A DNA stretch of 64,000 bases from Spirochaetota bacterium (GTDB lineage Bacteria > Spirochaetota > GWE2-31-10 > MWDO01), in assembly GCA_031549085.1 (NCBI GenBank), contig JAVBQL010000001.1:119486-183485 (forward strand). The letters are read 5' to 3'. A model generated the notes under the pieces. It saw only the letters and a program-made list of their open reading frames with translations, was not told where the DNA came from and did not search any database. Position numbers and translations under genes: made by a program. Positions within the stretch are counted from its first letter, which is position 1, and every line of letters starts with the position of its first letter. Below are positions 10,179 to 19,124 of the stretch, piece by piece.

Positions 10179-11483
10179 ATGGACGACTACAAAAAGCTAA
10201 TCAAACTCTCGCTCCCAGTAATAGTTACCTACCTCTCATTTCACCTAATTGGTATAACCGATATGATTATGGTTGGCAGGCTTGGAAAAGAGGCAATCGC
10301 AAGCGTTGGACTTGCAATCACTGTTTGGATAGTTATCTTTTTTCCGCTTGAGTTCTTTTTCGAAACCGTTGTAATTCTCCTCTCCCGCGCCTTTGGAAAG
10401 GGGGATAAAAAACTATTTAAGAGCTACTACTATACAGAGATAATAATTGCATTGGTACTTGGATTTATTGCTCTCTTTTTTTACTTTCCACTAAAGATTA
10501 TTCTTGGATTTTTAACAAAAGATCCAGTGATATTAAAAATGGCAACACTATACCTCCTAACCGCAATGTTAAGATCTATTCCATTCACACTTGGACAAGT
10601 TTTTTCAAGAACCTTTATGGCCATACAGAGACCAAAATATATCACATACATATCAATCGCAACTACACTATTAAATATATTTCTAAACTATATCTTGATA
10701 TTTGGTAAACTTGGCTTTCCAAAACTTGGTGTCGTTGGTGCGGGAATTGCAAGCCTCATTGCAAGCATTTTTCAAGCAGGGATGCTATACTTATTCCTAA
10801 GAGTAAAGGTACGCCCCTTTATTAGTGATGATAAATTCACCCTCTCAAAACCGATGGTCAAAGAGATATTCAAGCTTGGAACACCATTGGCAGAGCTGAG
10901 CTTTTTAGAATCAATCTCTTGGGTAATATTTATAAGATTTATATCTCAATTGGGGGTGGCTCCATATGCCTCTCATGAGATTGCAATGAAGATCAAAGAT
11001 ATTGGTTTTCTGATGGGCTATGCTGTTGCGACAGTCTGCGGCTCCCTCGTTGGTGCATCGATGGGACAGAGTGATGAGAGCAGTGCAAGGAGGCTGACAA
11101 ACAAGTCGGTAATATTGGCAACTATATTTATGGTCGCCTTTGGTGTGCTATTTTTTATATTTCCAGATATCTTTACCTCCATGTTCACAGACGACAAAGA
11201 GGTAATTTTGATAAGCAGAAATATACTTAGAGTTATGGCTCTCTACCAAATTGCTGATGCTATATATCTTGTTTTTAGAAGCAGCCTCAATGCGATGAAG
11301 GATACAAAATTTGTTAGAAATATAAGCCTTATTGGGCTTTGGTGTCTGATGATTCCAGCAACATTTCTATTTGTGAATGTTTTTAAGATTGGTGTTATTG
11401 GTGCATGGATTGGACTAACTTTTCATGTTGCCTTTTGTGCGATCCTTTTTTGGCAAAGGTTTACAAAGAAGAGCTGGTCATAA
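10179..11483 (+). CDS. MATE family efflux transporter
   Basis: About 12 hydrophobic segments; TDMIMVGRLGKEAIASVG, FGKLGFPKLGVVGAGIAS and GVIGAWIG. Confidence 0.93.
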   Translation: MDDYKKLIKLSLPVIVTYLSFHLIGITDMIMVGRLGKEAIASVGLAITVWIVIFFPLEFFFETVVILLSRAFGKGDKKLFKSYYYTEIIIALVLGFIALFFYFPLKIILGFLTKDPVILKMATLYLLTAMLRSIPFTLGQVFSRTFMAIQRPKYITYISIATTLLNIFLNYILIFGKLGFPKLGVVGAGIASLIASIFQAGMLYLFLRVKVRPFISDDKFTLSKPMVKEIFKLGTPLAELSFLESISWVIFIRFISQLGVAPYASHEIAMKIKDIGFLMGYAVATVCGSLVGASMGQSDESSARRLTNKSVILATIFMVAFGVLFFIFPDIFTSMFTDDKEVILISRNILRVMALYQIADAIYLVFRSSLNAMKDTKFVRNISLIGLWCLMIPATFLFVNVFKIGVIGAWIGLTFHVAFCAILFWQRFTKKSWS

Positions 11484-11519
11484 TTTTTTAAGCAGCATTC
11501 ATCTATTTTACTCACAGTG

Positions 11520-11830
11520 ATATAAGGACTTGTACAGCTTTTATATTATTAATAATCCTATCCAATATAAAATGAGTTATCAAGTCTGTTCTCTAGGTTA
11601 CTGGTCAGTAGTAGCAGATATAATGAGTGAATGGTACTCAAAAAAAAGAGAAAGAAAAAAGAAAAAGTAAAAATGTATAGGGGGGATAAAATCCCACCCT
11701 ATACATTTTTATCCTCTCTCTTTCTCTTTTTTTTGAGCAGCGTTTTCTCGTTGTATATCTTCGTACTGACTAGGAAACTAGAAAGTAAAATGTACTAATA
11801 GTTTAATATTAATAGTATATTTATAACAAG
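11520..11830. repeat. Family A foldback element, copy A3 (reverse orientation; core about 11617-11759)
   Basis: Left flank AATCCTATCCAA and right flank ATATTAATAGTATAT are the reverse complements of the A1 flanks; tip GGGAT-AAA-ATCCC. Confidence 0.9.
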
Positions 11831-11884
11831 TAAGCTTTTTGTGTAGCTTCATATTAATGATAATTAAATACAAGTAATCAAAAT

Positions 11885-11921
11885 AAAAAAAGTGAGGTTA
11901 AAAAATAACCTCACTTTTTTT
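11885..11921. terminator. Intrinsic terminator, probably bidirectional, after the GatA-AspRS gene
   Basis: AAAAAAAGTGAGGTTA-AAAAA-TAACCTCACTTTTTTT, about 15 nt from the stop codon at 11936. Confidence 0.8.
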
Positions 11922-11935
11922 ACTTTTTTTTAAAT

Positions 11936-14743
11936 TTATGGAGAAACTCTACCTATATCTCTTGGGAATAGACACGCCTCTCTGACATTTGATAGTCCAA
12001 GTAGTTTCATAGTAAATCTTTCAAGTCCCATCCCCAATCCGCCATGTGGACACATTCCAAACTTGAATACACTTAGATACTCTTTAAAGCTCTCGGGATT
12101 TACTCCAAAATCAATCATATTGTTCTTTAGCATCTCATATTCATGAATTCTCTGTCCGCCTGTTGTTATCTCAAGCCCCTTATACAAAAGATCAAAAGAT
12201 CTAGTATAGCCTGGCAATCTCTCATCAGGCATTGCATACACTGGTCTCTTTTTTATAGGGTAGCCAAGGATATAGACAAAAGGAGAATCATATCTCTTCT
12301 GTATATAGTCACATACAGTTCGTTCGCCCTCAGGAGAGAGATCTCCGTCAAGATCCTTAACTCCCTCACGAGCAGCAATATCAAGCGCCTCTATAAAGTG
12401 GATCTTTGGAAATTTCTCAGGGATAACAATATCTTCACCAAATACATCTTTTATCAATGTACCATATTTTTCTTTAATATTGGTAAGAATATATTTAATT
12501 AAAGATTCTTGTATATTAACAAGTGTTAGTTCAGAATCTATGAAGCCCATCTCAAAATCGAGAGATACATACTCATTTAGATGTCTAATCGTATTGTGAA
12601 TCTCTGCCCTAAAGACCGGCCCAACCTCAAACACCCTCTCAAAACCACTTCCAACCATAGTCTGCTTATAGAACTGCGGAGATTGTGCCAAGAAAGCCGC
12701 TCTATCAAAGTATTTCAACTCAAAAACGTTACTTCCCCCCTCTGTCCCGCTTGATACAATCTTTGATGTCTTTATCTCTGTGAAGTCATTATTTCTCAAA
12801 AACTCACCGAATAGTCTAACTATTTCACTCTGTATCTTAAAGACTGTCAAAATCTTTGGCATTCTAACACTGATCATTCTATCATCTAGAAGTACTGGAA
12901 GGCTTATCTCCTCATATTTACCATTTATAGAGATTGGAAGCTCTGCATTTGAGTGTCCTAGAATCTTAATTTTTGAAGCTCTAACCTCGATGCCATTAAA
13001 TGGACTCTTTGGCTCTTTGACAACAGTGCCATGAACATCAATAACTGTCTCAAGGTGAAGCTTCTCTGAAAGATTGTTCTCAAAGACAACTTGAGTAAAA
13101 CCACCTCTGTCACGCAGAACAATGAATTCTATTCCGCCAAGCTTTTGAATTTTATGAATCCAACCCTTAACAACAACCTCTTTTCCAATATATTCTGGAA
13201 GCTTTGAAGACAACACTCTTCTGCTATCAACAATTGGAGCATTATAAGAGTCTGATATCTTTTTAATATCATCTGAACTATATTTTATTGACTCTTTTAC
13301 CTCTTCAAACTCTTTTTTTTTGATTATTACTCTCTTCTCTCTCTTTTTAAGAGCCTTTATCTTTTTTGGATCAATATTTTTATCTATTTTAACCTCTGAA
13401 AAGATCTTATCAGCAGCACCAATAACAGTTAGGTCTGAAAACTGCTTTCCAACAAGCTCTATTCCAAATGGAGTATCATCAATGGTATCCACTGGAATCG
13501 CAGCTGACGGTGAACCAATTAGGTTTGCTATCAAAGATGAAGCAACTGATGGATAATCAACATTAGAGAGATTTAGGTCATTAAAAGCAGGAAGAATAAC
13601 AAGATCATACTTCTCAAATATAGCATCAAACTTCTGCTTGATTAATGTTCTAACCTTTTGTGCCTTTTTGAAATATTTATCATAGTTGACACTGCTTAAC
13701 ATCAAGTTTCCAAGCATAATCTCTCTCTTTACATCAAAACCAAAGCCCTGATCTCTTGTATCAAAGAGCATATCATTGTATGTCACTTGGTTTGATGCTC
13801 TAAAACCATAGTTTACACCATCATACTTGCCCAAACTTGATGAACTCTCAGCAAAAGCTATTATCTTATATGTAGCAACCAACTCTGAAACAAGATCAAA
13901 ATCAACCTCATCAACAGTTATACCCATATTTTTAATAAGAGAGAGTGCTTTGTTAAATGAGTTTTTCACTTTGGCATCCAAAGGAAGACTCTTTATTGAT
14001 GCGATCTTTAATGACTTAAACTCTTTAGCAGGAGACAGCTTTAGATTATCAGCTCCATATGTAGAAGAGTCATATCTATCCTCTCCCTTTAAGATATTTA
14101 ACAACGTGGCAGCTCCTGATAGATCTGAAGAGGCAAAAGAGACTCTATCCAATGATGGAGCATTGCTTACAACACCATTGCCCGAAACCAAAGATGGTGT
14201 TGGCAAGAAAGATACTTGATTATTTGAAGTAATAAAAAATCTGTTTTTACCAGTATCAAGAGAGACACTTAACACCCCCATATCCAAAGCAACACCACTT
14301 GCTGCACCTATTGTTGAGAGCTTTGTGTTATATGGGTTTACTGATATATGTTCTGTTGAACCAAAATCAAACTCCAAAGTTGTTGACTTTCCAACAACAA
14401 TTCCGCCAGCCTCTTTTATCCTCTTTACTATAGTAGATTCAAAGATTGGCATATAGTCAGAGAGCATTTTGCTTCCGCATGTTGTTGGATAGTTCATATC
14501 ATGTATGTTGTCAGCTATGATAATAGGAAGCCCATCGATATCGCTTAATGGCTTGTTCTCTCTCCATCTCTTATCTGATAGAGCCGCTCTATTAATTAAT
14601 TCATCTTTATTGCCGAAAATCACAAAGGACTCTAAAAAGATATCAAACTCCTCGATTTGATTGAGAGTCTTTTTCATAATCTCTTCACAAGAAGTTTTTT
14701 TAGACTTTAAGTCTTCTTTCAATTGATAAAAACTCTTTTCCAT
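11936..14743 (-). CDS. aspS: Fusion of a GatA-like amidase domain (catalytically degenerate, aa ~1-450) and a short-type, probably non-discriminating aspartyl-tRNA synthetase (aa ~508-935)
   Basis: N half shows GatA signatures (AESSSSLGKYDGVNYG, GFGFDVKREIMLG, YFKKAQKVRTLI). C half shows the OB fold KGWIHKIQKLGGIEFIVLRDRGG, LAQSPQFYKQ, motif 2 FRAEIHNTIRHLNEY and motif 3 PHGGLGMGLERF. One uninterrupted ORF. Confidence 0.92.
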   Translation of the reverse strand: MEKSFYQLKEDLKSKKTSCEEIMKKTLNQIEEFDIFLESFVIFGNKDELINRAALSDKRWRENKPLSDIDGLPIIIADNIHDMNYPTTCGSKMLSDYMPIFESTIVKRIKEAGGIVVGKSTTLEFDFGSTEHISVNPYNTKLSTIGAASGVALDMGVLSVSLDTGKNRFFITSNNQVSFLPTPSLVSGNGVVSNAPSLDRVSFASSDLSGAATLLNILKGEDRYDSSTYGADNLKLSPAKEFKSLKIASIKSLPLDAKVKNSFNKALSLIKNMGITVDEVDFDLVSELVATYKIIAFAESSSSLGKYDGVNYGFRASNQVTYNDMLFDTRDQGFGFDVKREIMLGNLMLSSVNYDKYFKKAQKVRTLIKQKFDAIFEKYDLVILPAFNDLNLSNVDYPSVASSLIANLIGSPSAAIPVDTIDDTPFGIELVGKQFSDLTVIGAADKIFSEVKIDKNIDPKKIKALKKREKRVIIKKKEFEEVKESIKYSSDDIKKISDSYNAPIVDSRRVLSSKLPEYIGKEVVVKGWIHKIQKLGGIEFIVLRDRGGFTQVVFENNLSEKLHLETVIDVHGTVVKEPKSPFNGIEVRASKIKILGHSNAELPISINGKYEEISLPVLLDDRMISVRMPKILTVFKIQSEIVRLFGEFLRNNDFTEIKTSKIVSSGTEGGSNVFELKYFDRAAFLAQSPQFYKQTMVGSGFERVFEVGPVFRAEIHNTIRHLNEYVSLDFEMGFIDSELTLVNIQESLIKYILTNIKEKYGTLIKDVFGEDIVIPEKFPKIHFIEALDIAAREGVKDLDGDLSPEGERTVCDYIQKRYDSPFVYILGYPIKKRPVYAMPDERLPGYTRSFDLLYKGLEITTGGQRIHEYEMLKNNMIDFGVNPESFKEYLSVFKFGMCPHGGLGMGLERFTMKLLGLSNVREACLFPRDIGRVSP

Positions 14744-14883
14744 AAAAAACCGTCCTTTTTAAATAAAATTATTTTTTAAACTACTTTTATAAAAATACTA
14801 TTATATAAAATGTTAGTTCAATAAATCTCTCAAATAACACTTAAGGCAATTTCAAAAAAAAATCGACTCTACATAATTCCCTT

Positions 14884-14954
14884 GTAGGATAGAAGGCGAA
14901 AATCAAAGCTTTTTGTATTGCGTAGCATTAACAAAAAGCGGCATTTTTACCTAC
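14884..14954. repeat. Family B nested hairpin, copy B2 (variant)
   Basis: AAAAT-CAAAG-CTTTTTGT...ACAAAAAG-CGGC-ATTTT, closed by GTAGG/CCTAC. Confidence 0.6.
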
Positions 14955-14990
14955 TCAAACTATACCAAAAAAATCAAGTCTTTTACCTAA

Positions 14991-15100
14991 TTTTTGCATA
15001 TAGAGTATCAGTGGTATTGTCACAAAGATTTTTTCTTAATTGCTGAAAGCAATTTCAAAAAAATCGACTGACAATATTGCTGGTGCTCTATATGCAAAAA
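14991..15100. repeat. Family B nested hairpin, copy B3
   Basis: TTTTTGCATATAGAG/CTCTATATGCAAAAA outer stem, then TATTGTCA-CAAAG-ATTTTTT...AAAAAAAT-CGAC-TGACAATA. Confidence 0.8.
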
Positions 15101-15163
15101 TCGTAATATCCACAAGCAATGTTCTCTTTTTTTGATAAACAAAGCCTTTTATTCTATAATAAC

Positions 15164-15204
15164 CCCTCTTCTTGAACCCCCTTTATGTAAAGGGGACAGG
15201 GGGA
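15164..15204. repeat. Family C short hairpin (minus orientation, after folE stop)
   Basis: CCCCTTT-ATGT-AAAGGGG followed by ACAGGGGG; the core is the reverse complement of the 22760 copy. Confidence 0.7.
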
Positions 15205-15216
15205 TTAGTAATAAAA

Positions 15217-15762
15217 TTACTTCTTTGCAATAAGATTCAAAAACTCATTTCTTGTTCTGCTGTCAGATTTGAATCTCCCCTTCAGAGCACTTGTCATTGC
15301 ATAGCTATTTTGCTTTTCTACTCCCCTCATCATCATACAGAGGTGACTTGCCTCAAGGACAACTCCAACCCCAATTGGCTCTAATATCTCAACTATGGAC
15401 TCTGATATCTGTGTCGTAAGTCTCTCCTGAACCTGCAGCCTTCTTGAAAAATGTTCAACAATACGAGCAAGTTTTGACAAACCCAATATCTTCTTATTTG
15501 GTATATATCCAATGTGACACTTCCCAAAAAATGGCAGAAGATGGTGTTCGCAGAGTGAATAAAACTCTATATCTTTCACAATAACCATCTCATTATTTTC
15601 TGTCTCAAAGAGAGCCCCATTAATAACCGTTTTAAGATCGTCTCTATACCCTTTTGTCAAAAACTTGTATGCCTTCTCAACTCTACTTGGTGTTTTTAAA
15701 AGCCCCTCCCTATCAGGGTCTTCACCTATCTTAACAAGAATCTCTCTAATCAGCTTTTCCAT
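15217..15762 (-). CDS. folE: GTP cyclohydrolase I
   Basis: [46 protein letters not shown] and HLCMMMRGV. Start set at ATG 15762 (MEKLIRE). Confidence 0.97.
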   Translation of the reverse strand: MEKLIREILVKIGEDPDREGLLKTPSRVEKAYKFLTKGYRDDLKTVINGALFETENNEMVIVKDIEFYSLCEHHLLPFFGKCHIGYIPNKKILGLSKLARIVEHFSRRLQVQERLTTQISESIVEILEPIGVGVVLEASHLCMMMRGVEKQNSYAMTSALKGRFKSDSRTRNEFLNLIAKK

Positions 15763-16109
15763 ATATATTAAACATACTTCCTTAAAAAACATATTAAAAA
15801 ATAACTTAACAAAAATGTATACTATAATAAAAGTATACCCTCTAAAGCCATAATACTAAAACTATTTCGAGTTGTCAAAAAAATAATAGCTAAATTTAGT
15901 GGACTTTTACCTATCTTTTTTATTAAACTATATATATACACTCAAACTGAACAATAAGGGGCAAAATAGATATAAAATAATTTAACATTAATATACAATT
16001 TTATATAAACAAATAATTTGACATATTCAAATATATTTATTATCTTTTGTTTAAAGAAAGTGTTGTTTGCTAAATATATAAAGTATAAAATATGATTTTG
16101 GAGGTTTTT

Positions 16110-17234
16110 ATGAAAAAAACTTTGGTGTTCATATTTTTGATGTTTGCAGTTACATTTGTTACCTTTTCCAGCGAAAAAGTAAGAGGTGTAACTTCTACAA
16201 AGGTTTTAGTTTTGCCATTCACTATAGGTGAAGGGGTCAGCAAAGAGTACTCAAATATTGCTAATGAGGCCTTCTCTATCGCAATATCAAAATCTAAAAA
16301 ATTTGAGATTGTCCTAACAAAGACAGAGCAAACAGCAAAGAGAAATGATCTTGGCGAGGTTGAACAGAAGAACAACGATTCAATCAATACTGAGCTTGCG
16401 AAATTTTATGGGGCAAAAATTGTCTTCTCTGGAAGCATAAATGAGATTGATGGTGCATACAGCATCATAATCAAGGGGATAGAGATAGAGACAAAGCTTC
16501 TAAGGTATGCTGAACGTGGTATGTGTGCAAGCCAAGCAGAGATAATATCCACTGTAGAGACTATTGCGTATAAAATTGCAAATATATCTCCATCTAGAGA
16601 GAGCTTTAATGAGATGTCAAAAGATGAGATAATAGAGAGAGCTGATGAAGTATATAGAGGAGAGACAGTAGTAGAGCCAGAGGCAACTCTGCCTAAAGAG
16701 AAAGAACAATCTTATCATGATGCAAACTATATAACAAGCTTCAACAACAGTGATAAAAAATATATAAGAAAATATATAGATCCAACGGGAACTGATATAT
16801 TTGACCTTGATGCAATGAGAAAACTTCATAAAAAACATCTAAATGCTGGAAATGCACTTTTAGGTTGGGGTATTGCATTCTCTATCATTGGGCAAGTTGC
16901 TCTAGTTGGTTTGATTGGGCTTAATGTTTATCAATATCGTTATGGATACTACTACTATGATGATTATGGAAACAGCAATAGCTACAATCGAAGAAATATG
17001 GCCTACTATATAGATGGAGGAAAAGTTGCACTATCAATTATAACTCCTATATTTCTAGTTCTATCACTCTTCTTTATGCCATTCTCATCAATTCCATACT
17101 GGCATGCAAACAAGGTAAAGAGGATCGCCCTAAAAGCAAATGGAAAAAATAGCTGGTCATTCTTGGAGAACAGTGCTCCATTTATTAACTACTCTGATGA
17201 TAAAATTGGGATTGGACTAACTGTTAGAATATAA
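16110..17234 (+). CDS. Exported/membrane protein, paralogue 1 (N-terminal CsgG/TolB-N-like alpha/beta domain plus hydrophobic hairpin)
   Basis: GAGG RBS before ATG 16110; signal peptide; VLVLPF...FSIAISKSKKFE; module shared with the next two genes. The domain call is by resemblance only. Confidence 0.75.
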   Translation: MKKTLVFIFLMFAVTFVTFSSEKVRGVTSTKVLVLPFTIGEGVSKEYSNIANEAFSIAISKSKKFEIVLTKTEQTAKRNDLGEVEQKNNDSINTELAKFYGAKIVFSGSINEIDGAYSIIIKGIEIETKLLRYAERGMCASQAEIISTVETIAYKIANISPSRESFNEMSKDEIIERADEVYRGETVVEPEATLPKEKEQSYHDANYITSFNNSDKKYIRKYIDPTGTDIFDLDAMRKLHKKHLNAGNALLGWGIAFSIIGQVALVGLIGLNVYQYRYGYYYYDDYGNSNSYNRRNMAYYIDGGKVALSIITPIFLVLSLFFMPFSSIPYWHANKVKRIALKANGKNSWSFLENSAPFINYSDDKIGIGLTVRI

Positions 17235-17256
17235 AAATAGATAATATAATATCAAC

Positions 17257-17293
17257 AAAAAAAGCTTCTTGAAAAGAACAAGAGGCTTTTTTT
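17257..17293. terminator. Intrinsic terminator
   Basis: AAAAAAAGCTTCTT-loop-AAGAGGCTTTTTTT downstream of the stop at 17234. Confidence 0.75.
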
Positions 17294-17401
17294 ATTATAC
17301 AAGTTGTAATTGTAAAAATTGTTGACTAAAGATCAATGATAATGGATAATGAGCTTATATCTAAAAAAAAATGGTATCTAATTTGGAGATTACCCTTTAT
17401 T

Positions 17402-17938
17402 ATGCATAAAATTTTGTTGTCTGTTTTTATTATACTTTTATTTACTGGCAAAATTTTTGGTAGTGAAAAGAGTGATAATAGAGAGAATGAAGAACCCTCA
17501 TACATTAATATAAAATTTAGTGATAGTGAAGAAAAGTATATAGAAAAATATTTGAAGCCTAAAGGTGTTGAACTATCTGATGTACCAAAACTATGGGATC
17601 TATATAGAAAACATAAGATTATGGCTGGAATATTTTTGGGTTTTGGAATATTTTTCACCGCAGCAACACAAATTGCAACGTTTGGACTAATTTTAGTCTT
17701 ATTTTTTAATGTAATAATTTTTGCTTCAGTTATAGCAGTTCTAGTCACGTCCCTTGCAGCCTCTATAATATTTATCGTTGCAGCCGCAATAAACTATTGG
17801 TGTGCTGGTCAAAACAAAGCAATCTCTAAAAAAGTTAGAAGGGCCAAAAGGACAATGACACTTTGGGATGAGAGAGACACTTTTATGAATTATAGTTACA
17901 ATAAAATTGATTTTGAAATATTATCTATCAATTTATAA
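17402..17938 (+). CDS. Exported/membrane protein, paralogue 2 (lacks the N-terminal domain)
   Basis: GGAG before ATG 17402 (MHKILLS); FSDSEEKYIEKYLKPKG module, long hydrophobic stretch, NYSYNKIDFEILSINL end. Confidence 0.75.
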   Translation: MHKILLSVFIILLFTGKIFGSEKSDNRENEEPSYINIKFSDSEEKYIEKYLKPKGVELSDVPKLWDLYRKHKIMAGIFLGFGIFFTAATQIATFGLILVLFFNVIIFASVIAVLVTSLAASIIFIVAAAINYWCAGQNKAISKKVRRAKRTMTLWDERDTFMNYSYNKIDFEILSINL

Positions 17939-17973
17939 TAAAAAAATTTAAAATAGGTTTTATGGAGGAGTAT

Positions 17974-19035
17974 ATGAAAAAGATACTTGTATCTATCTGT
18001 ATAATATTTGTGATTATGCCAGCTCTTTTTGGTAATGAAAAATCAAAAAACAGCTCATCAGTAAAGGTTCTAATATTACCATTCTCAACAGGAGGCAATG
18101 TAAATAAACAGTATGGGGAGATTGCTGAAAAAACGTTCTCATCATCAATTTCAAAATCCAAAAATTTTGAAGCCATTACATTTAAAGATGAGAACATTGA
18201 AAATAGTGAAAAGCAGGAGCAAAACGACTCTACAAATATAGATATTGCTAAATTCTATGGAGCAGAAATTCTCTTTTATGGTGATATAAACAATCTTAAC
18301 AACAGCTACACAATAACAGTACGTGGAGTGGATGTCAATTCAAAAACAACTGATTACATAGAGAGGGGGGTCTTCTCTAATAAAGATGAGCTAATCTCTG
18401 TTACTGACTCCATTGCAAAAAAGATAAACAGCAATTTTATTGCTAAAAATAGCAAAACAGCAGATAAATTTTCACTGCAATCTGAAAATGACTATGAGCT
18501 CTACAAACAGGAGAAGGCATCAGGCAAACTTCAAAACGATACAGATTTTAATAAGAGTGAAAAGACCTATATAAGAAAGTACCTATACCCTGCTGATGTA
18601 AATATCTTTGATATAGATGAGATGGAGGGGCTCTATGTTAAACAGAAGAGAGCAGGAAATGGTCTCTTGGCTGGAGCAATCATATCCTCTGCTGTTGGAC
18701 AGCTGGCACTTGTTGGATATATTTTTACAAGTATATTTACACCTATGTCATATGGTATGCCTATTGCCTACCTATTTATGGTTGCTTTTACCAGCCCTGT
18801 ATATGGACTTATGATAATTGGCAATTTGCTGTTGGGACTTATGGCCTTTACACTGATGACACTTCCATTTGTTCTTATTCCACTTGCAGCAGTTGCCTAC
18901 TGGCATGCCAATAATATTAAGAAGATTACTGAAAAAACTCATGGAGAGGATATCTTCTCTGGTCTAGAGAAGAGAAACCTACTTATAAATGATAGTGATA
19001 AGATAAGTTTTGATATGTTCTCTGTTAGGTTATAG
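17974..19035 (+). CDS. Exported/membrane protein, paralogue 3
   Basis: GGAGGAG RBS before ATG 17974; VLILPF...FSSSISKSKNFE; FNKSEKTYIRKYLYP; YWHAN. Confidence 0.8.
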   Translation: MKKILVSICIIFVIMPALFGNEKSKNSSSVKVLILPFSTGGNVNKQYGEIAEKTFSSSISKSKNFEAITFKDENIENSEKQEQNDSTNIDIAKFYGAEILFYGDINNLNNSYTITVRGVDVNSKTTDYIERGVFSNKDELISVTDSIAKKINSNFIAKNSKTADKFSLQSENDYELYKQEKASGKLQNDTDFNKSEKTYIRKYLYPADVNIFDIDEMEGLYVKQKRAGNGLLAGAIISSAVGQLALVGYIFTSIFTPMSYGMPIAYLFMVAFTSPVYGLMIIGNLLLGLMAFTLMTLPFVLIPLAAVAYWHANNIKKITEKTHGEDIFSGLEKRNLLINDSDKISFDMFSVRL

Positions 19036-19054
19036 TTGATTACGAAGAAATAAC

Positions 19055-19092
19055 AAAAAAAACGAAGAGCGTTTTTAGCCTCTTCGTTTTTT
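19055..19092. terminator. Bidirectional terminator between convergent genes
   Basis: AAAAAAAACGAAGAG-loop-CTCTTCGTTTTTT. Confidence 0.85.
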
Positions 19093-19124
19093 ATACTCTG
19101 TTTTATATATACATTTTTTTTATT

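Noticed and set aside
14744-15170. T-box riboswitch in the leader of the GatA-AspRS gene
   Set aside because: No GGTGGTACC/GGTGGAACC-like T-box sequence on the minus strand. The hairpins belong to dispersed repeat families.
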